This document shows, in pieces, positions 26,678 through 40,999 of a DNA stretch of 64,000 bases. The position numbers were made by a program, and so were the translations under genes. The stretch comes from Octopus vulgaris. Taxonomy: Eukaryota. The notes beneath the pieces were generated by a model. It saw only the letters and a list, made by a program, of their open reading frames with translations, searched no databases and was not told where the DNA came from. Numbering within the stretch: the first letter of the stretch is position 1; every line of letters starts with the position of its first letter. The stretch lies in contig OX597835.1 in the NCBI GenBank assembly GCA_951406725.2, positions 6,696,001 to 6,760,000 of the forward strand, written 5' to 3'.

Positions 26678-27433
26678 TAATAAAACATATGCATATATAT
26701 AAACATATATGTACGTACCTACCTCTACATGTACATATACACGCATATATGAGTACAGGACACCAAAAGGACGTCGAACACAATGAGAAACGAAAACATA
26801 GACACAAACCAAAGGAACTGGACATTTATTTAAAAACAGCAAAAATAAAAAGGGAAAAAAAGAGTACAGGACAATTAACACAAAGAAAAAAACCCTTCTT
26901 CAGTCGCTAAAGGTTTCATCTACTCTACGTTTCGAAGGATAAAAGCGAGACGTATCTTCGACAAGAAAACTTTCCTTCCTGCGAAAAGCAAATCAATTAA
27001 AATTCTGAGATCTTTTCATATATATATATATATATTGTTTTATTCTTTTACTTGTTTCAGTTATTTGACTGTAGCCGTGCAGAAGCACCGCCTTTAGTCG
27101 AACAAATCGATCCAAGACTTACTCCTTGTAAGTTACAGGGACGTAAACACGTCAACATCGGTCGCAACCGATGGTGGAGGAACGCACGCACGCACATATA
27201 CGAAGGCTTCCTCCAGTTTCCGTCCACCAAATTCACTCACAATATATTAAATGTATAACTTTGAGGGTTAAAAACTTTGCACGAATGTGAAAATTGGATG
27301 TAGATAGCTGTTTGAAAATTTTAGTATTGCTATTTATAATTTCTGGGGCAAAATACAAGTACATCTGAAACTTAAATTGATATTAATACTATTAAATATA
27401 CTCTTGCACGGTTTTCAACTTATGAGAATGACG

Positions 27434-28175
<742 letters not shown>

Positions 28176-28410
28176 TTATTTAATTTTCCGGCCGCGTTTC
28201 AACCAAAGTAAGTCACGCATATATAAGGTCTGGGAGCTTCCTGTGAAGATGAGCGGTTGATATCAGCACAATGTTTTGAATGTCGTAGGCCATTGGTTTC
28301 CCAGGGTTCTGGTAAAAAAAAGTTTCACCACTTTTCCTAATCAATCCCACAACAACAGGGAGGGTTTTGATTGTAATCGCCATGATCTAGATCTCTTAAT
28401 CTCGAGGTCT

Positions 28411-28618
28411 CTCTCTTTTACTCTCTTTTACTTGTTTCAGTCATTTGACTGCGGCCATGCTGGACCACCGCCTTTAATCGAGCAACTCGACCCCAGGACT
28501 TATTCTTTTTGTAAGCCCAGTACTTATTCTATCGGTCTCTTTTGCCGAACCGCTAAGTAACGGGGACATAAACACACCAGTATCGGTTGTCAAGCAATGC
28601 TAGGGGGACAAACACAGA

Positions 28619-28688
<70 letters not shown>

Positions 28689-28861
28689 CACATATATACG
28701 ACAGGCGTCTTTCAGTTTCCGTCTACCAAATCCACTCACAAGGCATTGGTCGGCCCGAGGCTATAGCAGAAGACACTTGCCCAAGATGCCACGCAGTGGG
28801 ACTGAACCCGGAACCATGTGGTTGGTTAGCAAGCTACTTACCACACAGCCACTCCTGCGCC
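28411..28861 (-). mobile_element. SINE family A, full length
   Basis: Reverse complement of the family A consensus. Confidence 0.9.
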
Positions 28862-28869
28862 TATTGTTG

Positions 28870-30440
28870 CATTTCGATAGTTTTTCGAATTCTTTTGCTG
28901 GAATGTTTCTGTCTGTTGGCACCGTCGTATCAGATTTTGTCTTAGGTCTTTGATGATGATATCTGGCCTGTTAGTATTTATTTGCCTGTTTGTATGGTAA
29001 CATACTCTCCCTCAATAACTGGTGGCTATATCTACTCCACATAAGGGACTATGTCTACTCCACCTAACACCAAACAGTCTTCTACTGATATTAACTCTCT
29101 TCTGCCTTCCTTTTTAGGTAAGTGTAATCTAGCTACTCTTGTTCTGGGGTCCAGTACTTCATTCATATTGAATTCCTTCCTAATTCTTTTGTCAAGATTT
29201 GCTAATTCAGATTTTATCCAGTCTACATAAGCTGCTGAATATGTATCTAAGTAACAATACTGCCCAAGTATTTACAGCCTTCACTAGATTCGGATCATTT
29301 AGCCTTGGCTTCATTAGCTTCCTCACTTTTCTGATATATTCCTTCTCATTTTTTTTCTTTCATTTCTATAATTAGTGCTCTGTCAGATTCTAATACTCTT
29401 AGATACTTATGACGTTGTTCTTCTTTCAGTGGTTTTAATGTCCGGCAATCTGGTAATTGGATGCCTCCACCGCTGACTGCTTGTCTCTTTTTCATGATTA
29501 ACATTGCATAATTCTATGCCAAATTCTATACCTATATCTTTGTTGAAGAGTCTTAGAGTTTGTATTGAAGAATCTATCTGTGTTTTTATTCTTACTAAAA
29601 AACTTCAGATCATCCATGTAGAGCAAATGGCTGGTTTTCTCTTACTATTTCTGAACCGACACCGCTCTGCTTTTGCCTTCCTTAATATTAAACCGAGGAG
29701 GATTAAACATAAGACAACTATTACAGGGGATAACAAGTCTTCTTGAAAAAAATTCTTCTCTTGATATTAACTTTCCCTAAGGCTGTGTCGTCTGAGCAGA
29801 GATCTACTTTCCATTTCTTAATAGTAAAGTTAATTACTTCTCTTCTATTGTCTACAATCCTGAATAAACTAAAATATTCACTAATCCATGAGCGTGGAAT
29901 CATGTCGTAGGCTTCCTTATAATCTATCCACGCTATTGTTAAATTTTTCTTTCTAGATTTTACTTCATTTAGAACTGCTTTGTCTCTGTATAATAGATTG
30001 TGCGTTCCTCTAGACCTCTTCCTGCAACCTTTGTGTTCTTCTGGAAGTAAATTCTGGTTGTCATGGTGCTCGTAAATGCTTTCTGAGAGCATTCTTATTA
30101 AAAGTTTCTCCACCGATGGTAAGCAGGTGATTGGTCTATAAATACCAGCTGTATTTCCCGTTCTTTTGTCTTTCACAATGAGTCATCATCATCATTGTTT
30201 GACCGTGGTCGAGACAATGGAATTTACCATGCTACGCCAGACTTCACGGTCCATCATGGCGTTATGGAGGTCCTGTTGCTGGATGCCTGTATCCCTGGAG
30301 ATTACATCAGGGTAGGAGAGTGTGCGCCCTCTGGTATTGCGAGTAGATGGCTTCAAGAGGAGAAGAGTAGAAATGACTTCTTTTTCAGCTCTACAACACA
30401 ATGAGTACTGTTCTACCTTTAGTCATCCAATCAGATATGG
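28870..30440 (-). mobile_element. Decayed R4/Dong-clade reverse transcriptase fragment, interrupted by an RTE 3' end
   Basis: Minus-strand translation gives DWMTKGRTVLIVKD...YRPITCLP...EEHKGCRKRSRGT...AWIDYKEAYDMIPRSWI...IFQEDLLSP...SHLLYMDDLK, with frameshifts and stops. Confidence 0.85.
30184..30396 (-). mobile_element. 5'-truncated RTE-clade LINE 3' end
   Basis: Reads LSYPDVISRDTG...DLHNAMMDREVWRSMV with a (TGA)n tail. TSD cacaatgagt at 30174-30183 and 30397-30406; removing the insert restores the host RT frame. Confidence 0.78.
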
Positions 30441-30459
30441 TTGATCAGAAGACCTCTTC

Positions 30460-30750
30460 ACGCTGCTACACCTTCACCTTGAGCGGTCACAGCGCCGGTG
30501 CCACAGACTTGTGATTAGCATGCCATAGGAAAGAATTGCAAGACCGATTCCTCAAGCCGAGCCAACCGGTTGGAGATATAGAGGTAGACCAAGAACGAAA
30601 TGGTTAGATAGTCTCCATAGTTTCCAAATGGTTAGATAGTCTCTTTTGGTTACGCTTGGAAATCCAGTGAAAAAGTCGATTGACAATTGCTTTTGATGCG
30701 ACCCTATGAAGGTGGAGCCTGAAGTCTCTCTGCTCCAGAGTTTCTGAGGA
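30460..30750 (+). mobile_element. Decayed RTE-like LINE C-terminal fragment
   Basis: Translation includes ...PTGWRYRGRPRTKWLDSL, the GRPR..W.D motif of RTE ORF ends. Confidence 0.5.
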
Positions 30751-31419
30751 ACAGTGGGCGAAGAAGCCGAAGGGACTCATTCTTTTTAGGAGAAAATCTT
30801 TTAAATAATTCAAAGAAATATTCTCTGTATCTATTTAATGATACAAGCTCCAAATAAATCAATAATTTTTCTATTATTAACGCACATTCCACGACTTTGT
30901 GTCATCATAGACTAGAATTGCTTTTTGTAATGTTTCAAAATTTTTAAAGAACGTGCGTGGGATAGCTTCATATGAGATTGCTTCTTGCGTCAACGAAATT
31001 AAATAGTTTCCTATTGTTAAAGTAGACATTCCGAGGTTTTTGTTTCCTATATGCATTATAAAGTTCGCTTGATTAAATTCTTTGCTTAAGAAACGGTAAA
31101 ACGCGAAAGAAAGAAATTCGGCTTAAAAATGATTTTATTTTTTACTACACGAATGTGTGTGTGGGTGTGTGTGTATGTACATATACATATGTGTATATGT
31201 ACATATACATATGTGTGTATGTTCATATACATATTTGTATGTGTGTGAATGAGTAGTTAACAGGGAAAGCAACGGTTGTCAAAGGAGGAAGCAAGTAAAG
31301 GATGGAGTAGGGATGTTGGGAAAATACACATTTTTAATGCAGAATTTAAGGGAGCTGGTTGAAAAGGTACCCCATGTGTCGTGAATGGAGGAAGCCTGAT
31401 CTGCAATATCTGCCGATGC

Positions 31420-31815
31420 ATATGTTTAATGGTGTAGGGAATGATTTCTGCAGCAGGTTTTGGGCCTTTGATTGGGATCCATGGTAACATGAATACAGCC
31501 ATATACAAAAACATCGTTCAACAGCATGTTGTGGCAGCTATAAGGTCACCTCCAACTCGTCAGGCAATCTTTACGCAGGACAATCTATCTTGTCACAGTG
31601 CTTAAATAGTTAAGGAGGTGTTTGAAGCTGAAAACGTTACTGTGATGCCTTAATCCCATTGAAAAATTATGGAAGATACTTGGCGATAAGATCAGAGAGC
31701 ACCGACTTGCGAATGTTTCGATTTTGTAGGAAAACCCCAGGAAGAACGGAATAGAATTACATCAGAACAATGTGAGAAATTGGTCAAATCCTGTGGACGG
31801 AGATATGCTGAAGGT
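31420..31815 (+). mobile_element. Tc1-like DD34E transposase relic
   Basis: LMV*GMISAAGFGPL...MNTAIYKNIV...IFTQDNLSCHSA...LNPIEKLWKIL...CEKLVKSCGRR, with stops and a deletion. Confidence 0.85.
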
Positions 31816-31965
31816 TTTAAGTTAGACCCTTTTAAAGCAAGAATTTTGTGTTATAGAACAAAGTATTGTACCAGGCGAGTTGATATCGAAAGGGTTAGAT
31901 GATTTTTTTGCCAGCCTTGTTGTTATTTTTCATCAATAAAATATATTCTGCCTCTGTTATTACAG

Positions 31966-32086
31966 CCACTTGGATGCGACAACGTGTTGTTTTCCTCAGC
32001 CGTTCCTGATATGTGTGGTGTTTGTGCCGGTGACAATTCCACCTGTTACCATAAACATGGCGTCATCAAAAAGAACCTGACGAGAG
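31966..32086 (+). CDS. Internal exon of an ADAMTS/ADAMTS-like gene: end of the cysteine-rich module and start of the spacer
   Basis: Acceptor tctgttattacAG|, donor gag|GTaaag, 121 nt. PLGCDNVLFSSAVPDMCGVCAGDNSTCYHKHGVIKKNLTR(G) matches the motif GCDxxLxS...DxCGVCxGDNSTC. Confidence 0.93.
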
Positions 32087-32139
32087 GTAAAGTCCGTGCG
32101 ATATTTCTTTGACGATATCTATCTATCTCTCTAACACTG

Positions 32140-32671
<532 letters not shown>

Positions 32672-33814
32672 TCGTCTCCATGACCGAACTGCAGTCGTGG
32701 ATCAAAAAGAGGCCGAGGAAGGGCGAATGGCACCGCGAGTGTCGCGTTGCTCTCAAGCAACTCTGCCGTCCTGGGTCGACCTTAAGTGACTTCAACACAA
32801 CCAAAGCATTCTATAGGGGTTTAGTGGAGGGGAGGTACGACGACGAGCTCGGGGCGAACCTGGACGTCGACGAGGAGTACCTGACCCGCCTGTTCAGGAC
32901 GACTTTCGGGCCAGGGCCCATGGACAACTTCCAGAGATCCCTGGCCTGGCAGTGCTACCGAGAAGCGCTACCCGTTCGGGATAAGCTCTACAGACACGGC
33001 TCGAGAAACACGGGGCCGACCTGCCCGAGATGCGGTCAGAGCGACGAAACCGTTCTGCACGCACTCGTTCAGTGTCCAACAATTTCCGACCTGTGGGCTT
33101 ATGTCGAACAACTGCTGTCACGTGTGGGACGAGTCGGTTTATCAGCTGAGTCTATCGTCAATATTGTCACGCCTCCTTCCTTCAAACGGGAAGGAAGAGC
33201 CATTTTCATCATCCTTGTGGCTATGGCGAAAGAATGTATCTGGTGGACGCGTCTGAAAGGATTGGAGACAAACACTTTCCTCTCTGGTCAATCTCTCATC
33301 AACTTCTTCAAGTACCACTTGAAAAGGAAAGTGAGAGTAGAGAGGCAAGTTTTGTCTAGCGAATGTTTTAAAAAAGATGGGTGAATGTAGCAAGAATGGC
33401 ACGTATGAATGACGAAGCCACCTTGAGCATAATCCTATGAACCCAGAAATTGAAAACAGAGAGTTGCTTATTTGCAAAAAAAAAAAAAAAAAAGAAATAT
33501 AAAATGTGACTTCATTGACCGAGGTTACCGTGGTCTTTTCCGTAGGCTTTTCTTTCCACGGGTAAACCTCATCTGTCCTCCCCTTTACACTTCATATTGA
33601 CATTTCTGTGATAACGATCCCTATTGATCATTTTTTTTCCTCTCCCCCTTTTTTTTAACCCCCCTTTTTTGTCCTCTTTCTCTCCTTTTACGATCCCTTT
33701 TGATCGAAACTACCCCCTTTCTTTTTTTTTTTTTTTTTTAAACCTTCAAAAGAAAAGCTCTACCTTGTAATTTGTTCTATCTGTGTGCAGCCCTGTGTGG
33801 CTAATAAAGAAACA

Positions 33815-33815
<1 letters not shown>
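32672..33815 (+). mobile_element. 5'-truncated L1/Tx1-clade LINE (zf-RVT C-terminus of ORF2 plus 3' UTR)
   Basis: ORF 32680-33384 contains LAWQCYREALPVRDKL...CPRCGQSDETVLHALVQCP...LW (CCHC zinc knuckle). GC-rich relative to the flanks, with a pyrimidine-rich 3' UTR, AATAAA and a (TATC)n tail. Confidence 0.88.
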
Positions 33816-33879
<64 letters not shown>

Positions 33880-33888
33880 CCGTCTATC

Positions 33889-33939
<51 letters not shown>

Positions 33940-33942
33940 CCG

Positions 33943-34018
<76 letters not shown>

Positions 34019-34035
34019 CTTACCTATCTATCTAC

Positions 34036-34069
<34 letters not shown>

Positions 34070-34072
34070 CCG

Positions 34073-34150
<78 letters not shown>
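33816..34150. repeat. (TATC)n array
   Basis: Directly visible. Confidence 0.97.
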
Positions 34151-34673
34151 AATGTGTGTGTGTGTGTGCGTGTTGCATGCATATTTTTGTCATTCGTTTA
34201 TTTCTCTTTCTATCCTCCTGATGATGAAGGATTAGCGCCCGAAGCTTCAATACACTTTCTTTTCTCTTCTTTTCAGCGTCATACTAATGCAATATTTGTT
34301 TTAAAAGTGTCCCGTCCATTCATCTGTTTGTGCTCATTGTTTATAAATGTTTATACGCATACCTACACACTTACACAAGTATACACACTGTAATATAAAT
34401 CATACCACATAGAAAAAAATTAAAGATACGATTAAACATTTACCTAGAACTAAATAAAGTACTAAATAATACATAAACGGTATATAATTAGTAAATAGAT
34501 TACACGCGTTTCTTGGCTATATTTTTAAATTGATATATATATATATATATATATAATTTCAACAATTGAGGGTAAAATTAATTAATTATTAATCAATTTC
34601 ACCAAGTGTTCAGTATGTAAAGGGACCATTTAAGGCGAAGTCAAATTATTACATTTTATATAAAAGGGCTTAG

Positions 34674-35019
34674 TAAAATAAATTACTTTGCCACATACTG
34701 AACTCATTAGAAATAGCAGCTAAAAAACTTTTTTAAAACTATTTCTAATACTTAAAGAAAATCTCTCTCATATAGTGTTTGCTCAATTCAACTCACGAAA
34801 GTATGGATGAAAATGTCGAGTTTGACTAATCTTGAAACGTACGTTCTCAAATAACCTTTGCATTTGATTTTTTAATGTCTTTACCCCCATACTTTCGTGA
34901 GTTGAATTGAGCAAACACTATATGAGAGAGATTTTCTTTAAGTATTAGAAATAGTTTTAAAAAAGTTTTTTAGCTGCTATTTCTAATGAGTTCAGTATGT
35001 GGCAAAGTAATTTATTTTA
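34674..35019. repeat. Fold-back element with ~133 bp perfect inverted arms and an 80 bp loop, between (TA)n tracts
   Basis: 34674-34806 is the reverse complement of 34887-35019. Confidence 0.92.
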
Positions 35020-35051
35020 AAGCCTTTTAATTTATTTTACTAATATATATT

Positions 35052-35106
<55 letters not shown>

Positions 35107-35122
35107 AATACTTGTATACAGT

Positions 35123-35527
35123 AAGGTGATGAGCTGGCAGAAACATTAGCACGCCGGGCGAAATGCTTAAAGGCATTTCGTCTGTTGCTACGTTCTGAGT
35201 TCAAATTCTGCCGACGTCTACTTTGCTTTTCATCCTTTCGGGGTCGATTAAATAAGTAGCAGTTACGTACTGGGGTCGATATAATCGACTTAATCCATTT
35301 GTCCGTCCTTGTCTGTCCTCTCTGTGTTTAGCCCCTTGTGGGTAGTAAAGAAATAGGTATTTCGTCTGCCGTTACGTTCTGAGTTCGAATCCCGCCGAGG
35401 TCGACTTTGCCTTTCATCCTTTCGGGGTCGATTAAATAAGTACCTGTCACGCACTGGGGTCGATGTAATCGACTTAATCCCTTCGTTTGTCCTCTTTATG
35501 TTTACTCCCCTGTGGGCAATAAAGAAA
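35123..35527 (+). mobile_element. SINE family C tandem dimer (full unit plus a unit lacking the 5' ~45 bp)
   Basis: The second unit restarts at gtatttcgtctgccgttacg (35357). Confidence 0.85.
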
Positions 35528-36139
35528 CAAATATTTGTATAGAGTACGACTCCGAATTTTAGAACTCCGAGTTTTATTTCTTGGAAAGATACTCGTCTTA
35601 TATCTTCTAAAGAATATCGAAGTCACTCCTAATATACGAAACCCGCAAACCACAACCAACGCAAACCACAACCAACGCAAATCACAACCAACGCAAACCT
35701 ACGAGGGGAGCAGCTGTCTTGCACAAAGAAGCGATACTGTTGAATAAAGTGAAAAACTCATTCGATGACAGAGAGACGCAATAAAAATGTCCTGAGATGT
35801 GAGTAAAAACTGGTTGACAAAATGGAGGAACCCCTGCCGTGGGAATTTTCGTCAAAAAATGCGAAACAGAAAAATGAATCATGACAGATGACAAAATAAA
35901 GTGGCGGCTTTTTGGGTTTTTCTTTTTGCAATTATTTGTGTTAGATAAGGACGGACTGTAACACATCCCTTAAATTCCGTCCAATATATCAGAAAAGAAA
36001 ATGAAAACAAAGAAATAAAAAAGCAGAAACAGAGGTAAAAATATAGTGATGACAACGATGACACTGCAAACGCTATTGCTGCTGCTGCTTTTCCTGTCTG
36101 ATGATGATGATATCGACAACGACGACGACACAAACTCTG

Positions 36140-36565
36140 TACTCTCTTTACTCTTTTACTCTTTTACTTGTTTCAGTCATTTGACTGCGGCCATGCTGGA
36201 GCAACGCCTTTAGTCGAGCAAATCGACCCCGGGACTTGTTCTTTCTAAGCCTACTACTTATTCTATCGGTCACTTCTGCCGAACCACTAAGTTACGGAGA
36301 CGTAAACACACCAAGCGATGTTGTTAAGCGATGTTGGGAGGACAAACACAGACACACAAACATATACACACTCATGCACGTATATATATACATATATACG
36401 ACGGGCTTCTATCAGTTTCCGTCTACCAAATCCGCTCACAAGTCTTTGGTCGGCCCGATGCTATAGTAGAAGACACTTGCCCAAGGTGTCATGCAGTGGG
36501 ACTGAACCCGGAATCATGTGGTTCGTAAGCAAGCTACTTACCACACAGCCAGCCACTCCTACGCC
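36140..36565 (-). mobile_element. SINE family A, full length
   Basis: Reverse complement of the family A consensus with a (cttttact)n tail. Confidence 0.88.
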
Positions 36566-36569
36566 TGTG

Positions 36570-36880
36570 ACAATGATGAAGATGGTGGTGATGTTGGTGA
36601 TGATGATCACGATGATGACGACGACGACGACGATAATGTCGAAGATGATGATGATGAAGACGATGATAATGATGAGGGATATGACGGTGACGATGAAATG
36701 ATGATGATGATGATGGTGATGATGACGATGATGATGATGAGGGATATGAGTATGACGATGAGATGATGATGATGATGATGATGGTGATGATGACGACGAT
36801 AACGTTGAAGGTGATAACCACGATGACAATGATGACGACGACGACGACGATGATGAATGTGATGATGATGATGACAACGT
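36570..36880. repeat. Degenerate (GAT)n/(GAC)n array
   Basis: Directly visible. Confidence 0.9.
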
Positions 36881-37354
36881 CGACCATACAAAACATGTCT
36901 AACTTCATTAGTAAATATGTTCTATAGACTTTCTAAATACCACCCAAATGGTAATTGCTGCCATTGAAATTCACAAATCATGGCCGACTATACCGGCAGC
37001 AGCAGCAGCGTATGTCTTCGTAGATCTATTTTATTACAAACTGAAAATAGACATGCTAAAACATTGGCAGACGGCAAAGTTCTTTGTCACATTGCAAACA
37101 GAGACAGTTCTTCGCATGATGTTGAGGCAGGTACCACCGCAAGCACGACCATCACCACCATGACCACCATCACCGCCATGACCACCATCACCCCCATGAC
37201 CACCATCACCGCCATGACCACCACCACCGCCAGCAAGGTTGCCACTAAACCTACATGCTTACATTACATACATAAATACACGTACGTATATGTATACATG
37301 CATGCATACTTATATATATATATATACATATATATACATAAGAATATGTATGTA

Positions 37355-37390
<36 letters not shown>

Positions 37391-37689
37391 CATGTGTGTA
37401 TGTATGTGTATATATATATACATACATATGTGTACGTATGTATGTATATATATATATATATATGTACATACATATGGGTATGTATGTATGTGTCTGTGTG
37501 TATATATATATATATATAAATATTCATACAAATACAGTGTACATTTAAACACATAAGAGGTATCCTATGATGCGTTCAAATGTACACTGCATTTATATGA
37601 ATAATATACATTCTATGGACTAATTTTTCTACACGCTAGGCCACTAGTAGTAAAAGTTTCCAAAATTTTTATTACCCTGATTTTATATA

Positions 37690-38073
37690 TCTCTCTATAT
37701 ATAAACGGCAGTTTGTCTGTGCGTGTTTCTGTGTGTCTGTTAGGTTGTACCCTCACCCTGACCACGGCTTTCAACCGATTCTGATGAAACTTGACACACA
37801 CATAGCCCAATGTCATAATTCAAAACTAACGCAGCGAAAATTTTGAAAAGTTCCCCCAGTTCTGAAAAAAAATCGATAAATTCGACATGGGGTCGAGAAT
37901 CAGAAACACAAACCGCAAACTGTCTAGGGGACGGAACTCCACCTTTTTTAACTAAAAAAAAAAATTACCATCATTTTTTTCCATTTTTTTGCTATTTTTT
38001 GGCTATAACTCTCTAAAAATGCTTTATAGTTATTTCCCTTACAAACCTGAGCAACGCCGGGCGATACTGCTAG
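37690..38073 (+). mobile_element. Non-autonomous Helitron, copy 2
   Basis: A|TC...CTAG|T termini with the subterminal hairpin; near-identical to 1101-1483. Confidence 0.85.
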
Positions 38074-38134
38074 TATATATATAAAAGGAAAGAATATATA
38101 TTTATAAATATATTTATATATTTCCATATATAAA

Positions 38135-38194
38135 TAACGGTTGGCATGGTTGCCTTCCAAGCAGTCGATCCGGGTTCGACTCCCAGCCGACGCA
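38135..38194 (+). pseudogene. 5'-truncated tRNA-Gly(TCC) copy fused to a SINE-type tail (to ~38270)
   Basis: taacggttggcatggttgcctTCCaagcagtcgatccgggttcgactcccagccgacgca contains the 3' D-loop, anticodon arm, T arm and 3' acceptor strand of tRNA-Gly(TCC). The 5' acceptor strand is replaced by AT-rich sequence. Confidence 0.8.
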
Positions 38195-38353
38195 TCACTA
38201 TCACTTTAAATGGCGGTGCCCCAGCATGGACACAGCTCGTGAGCTGAAACTAGATGAAATAAAATAAAATATAAATATATATTTATATATATATATATTA
38301 GAAGAAATGAGGTGCTCAGAAAATCGGATGATTAATATTTACAAATATTTATT

Positions 38354-38414
<61 letters not shown>

Positions 38415-38578
38415 GACGAACTTCATTCAGTTTCCATCTACCAAATCCACTCTCAAGTCTTTGGTCAGCCCGATGTACTCTCAACTGCCCCAACGAAAAG
38501 AAATATAGCATCTGGTGAAATAAATTAGAATTGAAACGCTGTTTTTTGACTTTTTCCCCGAATGCTCGAATTCAATAA

Positions 38579-38977
38579 TCTTTATATATAAAAGTGAAGT
38601 TGTGTGTCTGTCTCCTACAATTTAGATTCCTAACTACTCCCACATTTTGCGGTACAGTGTAACCAAAAGCGGGTATCTTATAGTCGTGATTCATATCGAG
38701 CCCTTCTGGGTATTAGCGCGCGTCTACGATGAGTCTACGATTAAAAAAAAAATTTACCATAATTTTTTCCCATTTTTTAATGCATTTTTTTGCTATTATA
38801 TAAGGGAAGTAACTCTCTAAAAATGTATTATTAAATCTCAGAACGTAAAAAGCTACAGTAACACCCCCCACTTTGTGGTTAGCCATATTGAGATGGCTAT
38901 TATACTTTTACATCTCTAAAAATGCTTATATAGTTATTTCCCTTACAAACCCGAGCAACGCCGGGCGATACTGCTAG
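38579..38977 (+). mobile_element. Non-autonomous Helitron, copy 3 (different 5' part, same 3' end)
   Basis: A|TCtttatatataaaag...cccgagcaacgccgggcgatactgCTAG|T. Confidence 0.85.
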
Positions 38978-39534
38978 TGAAAAATAAAATAAAGAAAAAC
39001 CTTTCCTTCCTGATCTTTTACAACTCAAGAGAAAAAAAAAATTCTGTTTGTTTTCATTTCATCGCAAAATTCTTCGGTTTATTTTATACATTCAAAAACA
39101 TTCTGTAAAATTAAAGCAGTTTAATTTCTTGTATTCCCTTTGAGTCTTTTACCAGTTATTCCCCTTGTATCATTCAGGCCATTCCGCTTTCCCTTTTCTC
39201 TTTTATATGAGGTAATTACCACCTCCCGTCACCGCCTCCGCCGGGTGTGGTTAGCTCTAAATTATCCAAGTTATCCACACATTTTTTCGTTTAATCTAAC
39301 ACGTGACCAGTGTGCTCATATGTTCCTTTATACGTATGTCTGTGCGCGCGTCCGTGCGTGCCAGAATGTTTATATATGTATTTTTTTTTTATCTAGATAC
39401 ACTTTGTGCTTACTGTTCGTTTATTTATTTATATCCATATTTATGTGAATACGCGTGCATCCCGGGTATATATGCCTGCGCTCTCTCACTGCCACTGTAT
39501 ACACCTATTCCTGTGTGCGCGCGCGTGTATATAC

Positions 39535-39765
39535 TCTTACTCTTTACTCTTTTACTCTTTTACTTGTTTCAGTCATTTGACAGCGGCCATGCTGGAGCAC
39601 CACCTTTAGTCGAACAAATCGACCCCCAGGACTTATTCTTTGTAAACCCAGTACTTATTCTATCGGTCTCTTTTGCCGAACCGCTAAGTAACGGGGACAT
39701 AAACACACCAGCATTGGTTGTCAAGCAATGCTAGGGGGACAAACACAGACACACACACATACATA
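39535..39765 (-). mobile_element. SINE family A 3' half
   Basis: Sequence match. Confidence 0.82.
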
Positions 39766-40172
39766 TATATTCATAGAAAAAAGAGCAACTTTTTGATGTA
39801 AATAACTTTTGGTCTTAACATGATCCGATTTGAATTTTTTCTTCTACGGAATGCAAAGGAAGCCTTCTTCTATCATAGTCTCAATTTTGGTCAACTTGCG
39901 CTGAAGAGATAGTGTTAGGTGAAGGTCTCAGAAGAGATAGTGTTAGGTGAAGGCTACCAAACCTGCAGTACACAGACAACTTCAGCTTTATATATATAGA
40001 TATATATACACACACACTGGCTTTAAGGGTATCACGAAAGCCCTGGTTAGAAGAGCTGCAATAGGTGTGTGAATCTGAGAGGGGAATAAAATTATAATTA
40101 ACTGATCCTCCAGTATTTTTTTTTGCTCAAAACCAGGAACTTTTCTGTACACTCCCGTATACATACACGCAG

Positions 40173-40177
<5 letters not shown>

Positions 40178-40205
<28 letters not shown>

Positions 40206-40893
40206 TGTATGTATGTATGTATGTATGTATGTATGTATGTATGTATGTATGTATGTATGTATGTATGTATGTATGTATGTATGTATGTATGCATGCATGT
40301 ATGTATGCAAGTATGTATGTATGTATGTATGTATGTATGTATGTATGTATGTATGTATGTATGTATGTATGTATGCATGTATGTATGTATGTATGTATGT
40401 ATGTATGTATGTATGTATGTATGTATGTATGTATGTATGTATGTATGCATGTATGTATGTATGTATGTATGTATGTATGTATGTATGTATGTATGTATGT
40501 ATGTATGCATGTATGTATGTATGTATGTATGTATGTATGTATGCATGCATGTATGTATGTATGTATGCATGCATGTATGTATGTATGTATGTATGTATGT
40601 ATGCATGTATGTATGTATGTATGCATGCATGCATGTATGTATGTATGTATGCATGTACGTATGTATGTATGTATGTATGTATGTATGTATGTATGTATGT
40701 ATGTATGTATGTATGCATGCATGCATGTATGTATGTATGTATGTATGTATGTATGTATGTATGCATGTATGTATGTATGCATGCATGCATGTATGTATGT
40801 ATGTATGTATGTATGTATGTATGTATGCATGCATGCATGCATGTATGTATGTATGTATGTATGCATGTATGTATGTATGTATGTATGTATGTG
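40178..40893. repeat. ~715 bp (ATGT)n array with ATGC variants
   Basis: Directly visible. Confidence 0.97.
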
Positions 40894-40961
40894 TACATTA
40901 ATAACATTTGGATTGTTGGCGACTTTTTTCTTCCGTCTTCGTTTTCTCTTGGACTTTCCTC

Positions 40962-40999
40962 TGTTTCTGAAGAAGAGCTTTTGCTCGAAACCTAAAATA
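40962..40999 (+). ncRNA. Minimal type I hammerhead motif inside a ~200 bp repeat at 40905-41105
   Basis: tgttt-CTGAAGA-a-gagc(tttt)gctc-GAAAC-CTA-aaata. Core intact, G16.2 changed to C. Homologous to 3685-3875 (-). Confidence 0.62.

Noticed and set aside
26890-26940. Minus-strand GAAACGTA...CTGAAGA in permuted order
   Set aside because: Stems I and II do not pair convincingly.
36980-37240. ORF MADYTGSSSS...TTITTMTT resembling a mucin-like exon
   Set aside because: The Thr-rich part is an 18 bp minisatellite of (CAC/CAT) type; no splice sites in a phase or domain context compatible with the host gene.
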